Below, piece by piece: positions 6,701 through 13,154 of a stretch of DNA of 39,274 nt. The position numbers and the translations under genes are program-made. Source of the DNA: a virus. The stretch lies in IMG/VR virus record IMGVR_UViG_3300037511_000247, positions 1 through 39,274 of that record; one strand, written 5' to 3'. Positions within the stretch are counted from its first letter, which is position 1; each line of letters starts with the position of its first letter. The notes beneath the pieces are model-generated. The model was not told the DNA's origin and did no database searches. It saw only the letters and a program-made list of their open reading frames with translations.

Positions 6701-6753
6701 GGTGGCCCCGGGCCGGCGTCTCGAGCACCCGGGGCAGGCGAGATTATAGCAAA

Positions 6754-6776
6754 GGGGGTCGTTCCGGACGACCCCC
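6754..6776 (-). terminator. Intrinsic terminator closing the minus-strand late/lysis operon
   Basis: Perfect 9-bp stem GGGGGTCGT/ACGACCCCC with a 5-nt loop. On the minus strand it is followed by TTTGCTATAAT. Confidence 0.6.
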
Positions 6777-6915
6777 TGCGCGGATGCCTGCAGGACTGAT
6801 TCCCTCTGCAAGCATAAATCAGGCTAAGTCATTGATTTAAAAAGCGCGCGGACTGATTTTGCGCGTGGCGGCGGCGACATGGGCCCTTTTGAAGGGGGGG
6901 CCCGCAAGAAATGCC

Positions 6916-7218
6916 CTATTTATCGGCATTTCCTGCCATCGACGGCTTCACGATCTGCGCCACGGCCTCCACCTTCGACCGACAGTCCGCGCCGGCCGCA
7001 GCCAGGTCGATGATGAACTGGCCGACGTCGCGCTGGGTGCCGGTATCCGGCGGCGCCGGCTGAGGGGCGCACGTCAGCAGGTCCCCGGGGATCGGCTGGC
7101 GCACTAGTTCCTTGCGCACCACGACCTGGGGAACAGGCGGCTCCGGCTTACTGGCGCAGGCCGCCAAGGGCAGCGCGAAGCACAGGAGCAACAGGGCCGT
7201 CATCGGTAGCCGGGGCAT
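6916..7218 (-). CDS. o-spanin (Rz1-like outer-membrane lipoprotein)
   Basis: 100 aa. Signal plus lipobox reads LLLLCFALPLAAC-ASKPEPP, followed by a Pro-rich mature part with further Cys. The start lies inside the 3' end of the i-spanin gene, giving an overlapped spanin arrangement. Confidence 0.7.
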   Translation of the reverse strand: MPRLPMTALLLLCFALPLAACASKPEPPVPQVVVRKELVRQPIPGDLLTCAPQPAPPDTGTQRDVGQFIIDLAAAGADCRSKVEAVAQIVKPSMAGNADK

Positions 7219-7540
7219 CGTGAATTCTCCGTTTCAGGGCGTCATAGTCGGATTGCAGGGCGGCCTGCGCCTGGCGCGCGGCGTCAGCCTTGGCCTCCGC
7301 TGCCGTGGTCATGTCCTGGTACAGCTGCAGGGTGGCGGCGTTGGCCTGGGCGGTTTCGTTCGCCGCGGTGAAGTTGGCCTTCCACTGATCGCGTGCGGTC
7401 TCGGTGGCGCTCAGGCGCGCATTGGCGGCGGACAGGCGTTCGTGTTCGACATAGACAGCGCCCGAAAGCACCAGCACCAGGACCGCGGCGCCGACGGCCG
7501 GCCAGATGTTGCCCATCAGCCAGGACAGGATGGTTTTCAT
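7148..7540 (-). CDS. i-spanin (Rz-like)
   Basis: 130 aa from ATG 7540. It has an N-terminal TM (MKTILSWLMGNIWPAVGAAVLVLVLSGAV) followed by an Ala/Gln-rich coiled coil. The 239-aa ORF-track version is over-extended. Confidence 0.75.
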   Translation of the reverse strand: MKTILSWLMGNIWPAVGAAVLVLVLSGAVYVEHERLSAANARLSATETARDQWKANFTAANETAQANAATLQLYQDMTTAAEAKADAARQAQAALQSDYDALKRRIHDAPATDDGPVAPVLRAALGGLRQ

Positions 7541-7601
7541 GGAAGCGCACCGCCGAGAGTGATGAGTAACAGGGTGGCAAGGACGATTAGGTGGGCCGCC
7601 G

Positions 7602-7898
7602 TCATGGGAAGCCTCCTTTGGAATCACCGCAGGCCACGCACAGCAGGTGCGGCCGGCATCCTTCCGGAATGACATATTCAAAATAAGAGTTGCCGCAGGC
7701 GCAGACCCATTTGGAATCACCCGGCGCGCCTCCGTAGAGGCCTTCACACACACCCTTGTCCAGGCCGCATGCCGGGCATTCGAATTGATCCTGCGGCGGC
7801 TTGTAGGTGGCGGTCCATCTGTGCCGACAACCGAGACACAGGAGCGGGCCGGTGGCCCATCGGTCACCCGGTCGCTTGAGGGTGACGATGTCGCCCAT
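7602..7898 (-). CDS. Cys-rich double zinc-ribbon protein
   Basis: 98 aa. CxxC-type pairs are CLGC, CPAC, CAC and CVAC. ATG 7898 shares one base with the upstream TGA. Confidence 0.6.
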   Translation of the reverse strand: MGDIVTLKRPGDRWATGPLLCLGCRHRWTATYKPPQDQFECPACGLDKGVCEGLYGGAPGDSKWVCACGNSYFEYVIPEGCRPHLLCVACGDSKGGFP

Positions 7899-8398
7899 CA
7901 CGCGGCCTTCACAAGAACGCGCGGAACACCATCTGCGCCAAGCTGCGGAGCCAGGAGAGAACCCAGGCTATTGTCCAAGGCGCCGCGGGCTTGCTCGATG
8001 GTGGCGAAGGGAAACGGCGTCAGCGTACCGCCGGACGCCGGGACGGCCACCTGCGCGAACCGCGAGGCAAGCAGCTGGTTAATGCGCGGGGCGTAGTCGG
8101 TGACCATGCGATATCCATAATGGTTGAGGATGTCGAGCATCGAGCCATTGAGGACCGTTCCGTCCGGGTGGTGGTATTCGTTCTGGTTGTCCTCGTCCTC
8201 GTACCAGATCGAGGTGTAGTTGGTGCCCGTCATGAAATCCCAGGTCCCGTTGGCTCCCTTTTCCACGAGAACCAGCGCCAGCGGGCGAATGATGCTGTCC
8301 GGCCATTCGTGCAGGTCCAGGTAGATTTCCGAATTGTCCGGCGTCGGTATCTTCAGGCCGTTGCCCGTGGGGCCGGCGTAGTTGCTCGGGAGTGTCAC
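7898..8398 (-). CDS. Hypothetical protein inside the lysis cassette
   Basis: 166 aa from GTG 8398, which forms a GTGA overlap with the endolysin stop. The ORF track gives an alternative start at 8422. No motif recognised. Confidence 0.55.
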   Translation of the reverse strand: MTLPSNYAGPTGNGLKIPTPDNSEIYLDLHEWPDSIIRPLALVLVEKGANGTWDFMTGTNYTSIWYEDEDNQNEYHHPDGTVLNGSMLDILNHYGYRMVTDYAPRINQLLASRFAQVAVPASGGTLTPFPFATIEQARGALDNSLGSLLAPQLGADGVPRVLVKAA

Positions 8399-8961
8399 TT
8401 GTTGCGCTCCATCAGCTGCCAATAGTCATTGATCCGGCGGACATAGGCCGGGGTCTCGGGAGTGTGCCGCGCCGTGCATACGGAGATAGCCGCCCAAAGG
8501 AGCGCATCGCCGCATTCGGCTTGGTCACGGATTATGTTTCCGGTGCCGCGGTTGTAGCTGGCGGCGGCGAGCCAGTGCTTATCCAGGGGCAGCCGTCCAC
8601 GAGCCCACTGTCCTCGAAGCTGGGCCATGTAGGCGGCTCCTGCGGGTATCGCGAACTTGGCGACGTGTGGGCTGGTAAAGGGATCGACGCCCAGTCGTTT
8701 GGCCAGATCGCGTCCCGTACCTGGCATGATTTGCGCGATGCCGAGGGCACCCACCGGCGATACCGCTCCAGGGTCGCATCTGGATTCGGCGTAAAGCTGG
8801 GCTGCCCACAGCAGGGGCACACGGAGGTCGGGCCACCATCTGCCGACAGCAGTTTCAACATCGCCGCGGTACTCATCGCAGCGCGACCCAAAGGACGATG
8901 CCCAGCAAGGCTGCGGGAGCGAGACAGAAAGCAACAACGCCAGGCCAAACATCACCTTCAT
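8395..8961 (-). CDS. Endolysin: secreted SLT-family lytic transglycosylase
   Basis: 188 aa from ATG 8961, with GGAGG 9 nt upstream. The N-terminal signal/SAR-like segment is MKVMFGLALLLSVSLPQPCWA. The catalytic region AESRCDPGAVSPVGALGIAQIMPGT plus AAASYNRG is typical of SLT domains. Confidence 0.85.
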   Translation of the reverse strand: MKVMFGLALLLSVSLPQPCWASSFGSRCDEYRGDVETAVGRWWPDLRVPLLWAAQLYAESRCDPGAVSPVGALGIAQIMPGTGRDLAKRLGVDPFTSPHVAKFAIPAGAAYMAQLRGQWARGRLPLDKHWLAAASYNRGTGNIIRDQAECGDALLWAAISVCTARHTPETPAYVRRINDYWQLMERNK

Positions 8962-9136
8962 CGGCGCGCGCCTCCACATTGTTGATGAAGCGTTCGAGGT
9001 CGAGGCCTAAGGCCTTCTCGCCAAGGGCCGCGATTAGCGCGCCGGCCGCGACGATCACGAGGAGAGCCAATACCAGGTAAAGGATGTTGAGGTGCGCGAC
9101 GCTGGAAGCGAGCGCAGCAGCGGTTCCTGCGTCCAT
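8873..9136 (-). CDS. Holin-like protein (2 TM helices)
   Basis: 87 aa. TM1 is LNILYLVLALLVIVAAGALIAAL and TM2 is VWPGVVAFCLAPAALLGIVLWVAL. The 3' end overlaps the endolysin start out of frame by about 89 nt. Confidence 0.6.
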   Translation of the reverse strand: MDAGTAAALASSVAHLNILYLVLALLVIVAAGALIAALGEKALGLDLERFINNVEARADEGDVWPGVVAFCLAPAALLGIVLWVALR

Positions 9137-9459
9137 TAGTCTTCCCTCCGGCGGGTGAGGCTATCGATCTTGGTTTCAATGCGGGCCAAGCGGTCCGCCA
9201 GCTCGCGCGTCAGATCCTGTGTCTTTGTCTGACCGTCGATGATCAGCCGCGAGTGCTCCGCAAGCTGCTCGGTGGCCTGATGCCGCCACGCGTTGAAGTC
9301 CGCGACGTACCAAACCCCTAAGGCCATCTGTCCGATCAACACCAGGATCAGGCTAATGTTGATTTCCTTTTTCAGGTGCCAGGGCTCCGGCTCACGGGGC
9401 CGGCGTTCGTCGCCGTCATACTTCCGCACGGCAGCCTCCCCCTGTGTTGGTGCGTTCAT
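9136..9459 (-). CDS. Single-TM membrane protein with C-terminal coiled coil (holin/antiholin or lysis regulator candidate)
   Basis: 107 aa. It has a charged N-terminus, TM INISLILVLIGQMALGVWYV, then a helical tail. Its TAA shares one base with the ATG of the holin-like gene (TAATG). Confidence 0.55.
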   Translation of the reverse strand: MNAPTQGEAAVRKYDGDERRPREPEPWHLKKEINISLILVLIGQMALGVWYVADFNAWRHQATEQLAEHSRLIIDGQTKTQDLTRELADRLARIETKIDSLTRRRED

Positions 9460-9573
9460 TGGCTGCCTGCATCTGCAATCCCCTGTGGATTGTGGTTGAT
9501 AGGAAGTGCCCGGGCCTCAGCGCCAACTGGGGTCCGGGTGCGCCTGAAAATGTTGCAAAATCAGAGGACTACC

Positions 9574-9596
9574 GGGGTTGAGAAACCCCCGCTTTT
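9574..9596 (+). terminator. Orphan plus-strand terminator-like hairpin
   Basis: GGGGTT (9574-9579), loop GAGA, AACCCC (9584-9589), then CGCTTTT. There is no credible plus-strand CDS upstream. Confidence 0.35.
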
Positions 9597-9698
9597 GGCC
9601 TATATTTGGATGTGCTCTGACCCAGTTCGCCTCACACCTACCAGGCTGGCCTTTTCAATCCTGGTGGGGCGAGTTGTAAGGGGGCTGATCCGCCTTGG

Positions 9699-10508
9699 TC
9701 AGCCTGCAGGATAGGCGCCCTGCCTCCAGAGCACCTTCTTTTCCCCCGAAGTGAGATAGCGTTTCTCGACCTGCGGCATGAGAGTCGTAAGGCCGTAGTG
9801 GTCACCCTCTGGGCGCAGCTCAACGGCCATATAGTGGTTGGGGGGCTTGCCCTTTGCGGTCAGACCGCGCCCCGGCGTCACAATGAGACCAATTCGCCCG
9901 TTGTCCTGCTGGACCACCATGTTGTGGTTCCGCGCCACGTACTGAATGAAGTCGTCTTGTGAATCAAATCCGAGGTCTTTGATTTCTTTGATGCGCTTTT
10001 CGGGCGCGTGCTTAAACCCAAAGGTCTGGTCTCCCTCCGCGACGCGGATAGGGAGATTTTGCAAAACGTCGGGCGCTGCCTTCACGGCCTCGGGGTGCAT
10101 CATGCCCCAGTCGATGCCGCCTGACGGCGCGGGTCTGTAGGCCAGCTTCTTCGAAGCTTCACCGAATAGGCTCGGCGCTGCGCCTTCGCTCGCTGTGGCC
10201 GCCTCCGGCGCCGCCGTTTCACGCAGGAGGCTCGGCGCCGATTCCGTAACCGTCCTCATTGCCGCACCCGGCAGGCTGCCAGTCGCACCGAGCGCCAACA
10301 GACCGAGGTTGCGGCCGGCTGTCTGCACGTCCCCGCTGCGGTACGCGTCCAGCGTCTGGCGACCCATGCCGTAAAGGCCGCCGATCTGGTGTCCCAGGAG
10401 GTCAGCCAACGCCATGGTGCCGCTTAGCCAGGGGTTGATCTGGACTTCGCGCGCGGCGACGGGATCGGCGGCCAGGGGATCGCCGGGATGATCGAACAAA
10501 GAGGGCAT
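9699..10508 (-). CDS. Virion-module terminal protein with possible PBECR-type (Barnase/EndoU/ColicinE5-D/RelE-like) C-terminal domain
   Basis: 269 aa with GAGG 5 nt upstream of the ATG. The first ~120 aa are low-complexity and Ala/Gly-rich. The C-terminal block FGFKHAPEKRIKEI...FIQYVARNHNMVVQQDNGRIGLIV...HYMAVELRPEGDHYGLTTLM resembles the PBECR pattern. Confidence 0.6.
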   Translation of the reverse strand: MPSLFDHPGDPLAADPVAAREVQINPWLSGTMALADLLGHQIGGLYGMGRQTLDAYRSGDVQTAGRNLGLLALGATGSLPGAAMRTVTESAPSLLRETAAPEAATASEGAAPSLFGEASKKLAYRPAPSGGIDWGMMHPEAVKAAPDVLQNLPIRVAEGDQTFGFKHAPEKRIKEIKDLGFDSQDDFIQYVARNHNMVVQQDNGRIGLIVTPGRGLTAKGKPPNHYMAVELRPEGDHYGLTTLMPQVEKRYLTSGEKKVLWRQGAYPAG

Positions 10509-10601
10509 AGAGGCCTCAAAACGTTGAAAAACAGGCCTTTTCGGTGGGCTGACGAGAATCCCGCTTGCAGCTAAACTGCCTGTCTGCAGTTACTGGGGAA
10601 A

Positions 10602-10982
10602 ATGATGTCACAGCGGTATATCGGTCTCGCGGCGTTGACTGTCTCAATGGCAATCGGAATTGGTCACTCAATCGCCGCTGTGGACGAGTACGGCAGTTTG
10701 ACGGCGGAAATGCTCATGTCGTTTTGCGGCGCCGACGCCGATAGCGGTGTCCACAAATCTTGTGAAATGTATCTGAAGGGCGCGGCCGATGCCTTGAACA
10801 ACAGCAGCGCCAGCGCTCCCCATGCCTGCATGAGGTCCGCGACGCTAACTGAAGTGCGCTTGGCGTTCGTTCGCCTGGCGGCTCAACGGCTGGAAAATCA
10901 TCCCCAAGATATTGAAGCACCGGCCGCAAAACTTGTCGCCGCTGTCCTCCCGTCCGCGTTTGCATGCCCCTCTAAGAAATAG
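10602..10982 (+). CDS. Secreted Rap1a/Tai4-like immunity-family protein (moron)
   Basis: 126 aa. The signal peptide is MMSQRYIGLAALTVSMAIGIGHSIAA. Four Cys sit in the pattern FC-x11-CEMYLKGAADAL...HAC...LENHPQDIEAPAAKLVAAVLPSAFACP. It is on the opposite strand to all neighbours and is more AT-rich. Confidence 0.5.
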   Translation: MMSQRYIGLAALTVSMAIGIGHSIAAVDEYGSLTAEMLMSFCGADADSGVHKSCEMYLKGAADALNNSSASAPHACMRSATLTEVRLAFVRLAAQRLENHPQDIEAPAAKLVAAVLPSAFACPSKK

Positions 10983-10991
10983 AATTTCCGA

Positions 10992-13154
10992 CTACGGACC
11001 AAACAGGCTCCGCGTCGCCAGAGGGGTGGCGCCCAGCAATCCTTCTGTCGGCACCGCGCCGAAGGCGTTCCCTGAATTATAGAACCGGCGCATCTGATCG
11101 AGCGCGTAGGCGCGTCGCGCGGGATCGGTGGAGAAAAGGTACTGCGCCCCGAAGTCCCGCACCGCTTCCGGTTCAGCTTTGATCCTATTCCAGCCGCTGG
11201 AAAGCAGGTTGGCGGCCGCGCCCGTCAGCCCACCGTGCTTTGCCCCGTCCACAGCCTCGCCCATCATGTCGGCGGCGTCCTGCATGCCGGCCAGCCGCGG
11301 CGCTGACGGTGACCCGCCCAGAATGGTGTTCTTTGATGAGTGAAACTTGTCCTCGATAATCATGGACCGCTTGAAGTCATTGAACGCTTGGCGCGAGGGG
11401 TAAAACAGCTCGGCATTGCGGGCAGCGTTTTGGTTCTTGAAGAACTGATCGCTGACGTTTCCGCCGCGGTTCGTCTTGCTCAGCAGGAACTTGGCTTGAT
11501 CGGCGAAGCCGATGCGCGCGAAATCCCGCTCGTTCGGCGTCATACCTTCGAGAAGTTCAGCGCTCAGCCTTGCGTCCCCCTTCGCCGCCTGCTGCCCAAG
11601 TTCGACCATGCGCATCGCCTGGGTGGGGCCCGACCAGGTACGCAGCGCGTCCTGATATTCTGGGAATTGCAGCTGGAGCTCCTGAAGGATCGAGCTGCGC
11701 ATGTCGTTGATAGAGCGGCCGTACTTGGTGAGCTGGCCCGTGGTCGGATTGACGATATTTTCCCCGCCGCTGAACAGGATGTCGTCCAGACCTTCTTTGG
11801 CTGCATGCCACGCCTGGAAGGTGGGCTTGCCGTTGATGTTGAATATCGCCGGGTCCATCTGGCGACCTTCAGCGTTTTCGCTGTTGCGGAAGGTGTTTTG
11901 CCCGATATTCATGCCGCGGCGCACTTCGGGGTTCTCCGCGAGAACGTCCAGCACAGGGCTGTCTGCGGCGCGAGGCGTAGCAAACATCTGGCGCCAGATC
12001 GGACTGGAAGAACGGCTGCGCAGATCCACAAGCCCGTCGATGGTCGCTCGGGCCTGGTCGCTGGTAAGGTTGTGGTTGATGGCGTTTTCAGCGCGCGCCA
12101 CAGCGCCGCCTCGGGTGCCGAAGCGGCTTCCCTGCTGTGCGCCGAAGCCGGCCTGGGCCGCCTGACGGGCGCGGCCGGGGAACTGAGCGATGTCGCGGGC
12201 GAAATCGGTGATTTGGCCGCCGACGTTGGCCAGCATGCCGGCAGGCCCCAGCTTGTCGGTTTTCGCCGCGAGCATATCCGGGGTGAGGTTGGCGCGGTCA
12301 GCGGCTTTCGACAGCGATGCAAAAAACGCCTCCTCGGGGTTCAAGCGCTTCAGAATCGGGGCCGCGAGAGACTTAAGGGCAGCGGGTCCGCCCTCGACCA
12401 GCGCTGGACCGCCGACGCTGAACGCGGCGCCCTTAAAGAAATCGGCCCCGGCGCGCTTAATGGCGTCGTTCAAGGGGTTGGGAAGGCCGCCGCCCTCTGG
12501 GGGCGCAACCATGCCGAGGGCCGCCAGCCCACCAGCACCAGCAGCGCTTTTCTTGGCCGCGTCGGGATCGTCGTTCGTCGCACCGTAGAGAGAATTCAGC
12601 ACGCCGCCCTGGAAGCCATACCGGCCATAGCGCGACAAGAGCGCTGGCAGACCCTCAGCCATTTCCGGAATCACCTTGGCCGCACCAAGGGCGGCCACCT
12701 TGTTCACCGGACTCGCGACCAGACCAAGGGGGCCGATAGAGGACTTGACCGCTTCCGGCACCGCATCCGATTTCGCCTGTTCGTCGGCAAGGGCTTTTTC
12801 GTATGGAACGTTATCAAAGAGGCTGCGAACCTTCGCCTCCAGCTTGTTCGCCTGGTGAAAACTAGCGAGGTCCGCGAACTCGCGCCCGATGTCCCCTATG
12901 CGCTTGGGGATGTCCTTGAAGGCAATGCCGTTGGCGTTGTTCGGAGCCGGTACCGATAGGTGCGAGCCGTCAGGACGCAGCTTGTACCAGCCGGTGTTGT
13001 CGGTCGAATGGATCGGCTGTTGCTGGGCATAGGGCAACCACGGAGCCTTTGAGGGCGCGGGCTCCTCAGCGTCCAGCGTAAAGCCCGGAGGCAAGCCACC
13101 GCCGGCGGGCGGGGACGGCGCATCCAGCTCGAAGCCTTCCGGTAGGTCACTCAT
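10992..13154 (-). CDS. Large internal virion / DNA-ejection protein candidate
   Basis: 720 aa from ATG 13154, which forms an ATGA overlap with the upstream stop. The N-terminus has a duplicated LP(E/P)GF(E/T)LDA motif. The protein is Ala/Gly-rich, and the call rests on its position after the tail genes. Confidence 0.6.
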   Translation of the reverse strand: MSDLPEGFELDAPSPPAGGGLPPGFTLDAEEPAPSKAPWLPYAQQQPIHSTDNTGWYKLRPDGSHLSVPAPNNANGIAFKDIPKRIGDIGREFADLASFHQANKLEAKVRSLFDNVPYEKALADEQAKSDAVPEAVKSSIGPLGLVASPVNKVAALGAAKVIPEMAEGLPALLSRYGRYGFQGGVLNSLYGATNDDPDAAKKSAAGAGGLAALGMVAPPEGGGLPNPLNDAIKRAGADFFKGAAFSVGGPALVEGGPAALKSLAAPILKRLNPEEAFFASLSKAADRANLTPDMLAAKTDKLGPAGMLANVGGQITDFARDIAQFPGRARQAAQAGFGAQQGSRFGTRGGAVARAENAINHNLTSDQARATIDGLVDLRSRSSSPIWRQMFATPRAADSPVLDVLAENPEVRRGMNIGQNTFRNSENAEGRQMDPAIFNINGKPTFQAWHAAKEGLDDILFSGGENIVNPTTGQLTKYGRSINDMRSSILQELQLQFPEYQDALRTWSGPTQAMRMVELGQQAAKGDARLSAELLEGMTPNERDFARIGFADQAKFLLSKTNRGGNVSDQFFKNQNAARNAELFYPSRQAFNDFKRSMIIEDKFHSSKNTILGGSPSAPRLAGMQDAADMMGEAVDGAKHGGLTGAAANLLSSGWNRIKAEPEAVRDFGAQYLFSTDPARRAYALDQMRRFYNSGNAFGAVPTEGLLGATPLATRSLFGP

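Noticed and set aside
9699-10508. The 269-aa protein as the cognate peptidoglycan-amidase toxin of the adjacent Rap1a-like immunity gene
   Set aside because: Tae4/Ssp1-type amidases are Cys-His enzymes and this protein contains no cysteine. The genes are divergent rather than co-transcribed.
10509-10601. Promoter and terminator calls in the divergent region upstream of the Rap1a-like gene (AGGCCT...AGGCCTTTT, and TTGCAG-N19-TTACTG)
   Set aside because: The stem is only 6 bp with a 16-nt loop, and the hexamer spacing of 19 nt is off-consensus. Neither is convincing without transcript data.
11340-12959. 539-aa plus-strand ORF, with other long antisense ORFs such as 26206-27591 (461 aa), 31339-32325 (328 aa), 13295-13852, 13883-14422, 24757-25440 and 21744-22364
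   Set aside because: They lie antisense to well-supported virion or terminase genes. Their Arg/Gly/Ala/Pro-rich translations are typical of stop-poor antisense frames in high-GC DNA. They lack RBS or coupling context.
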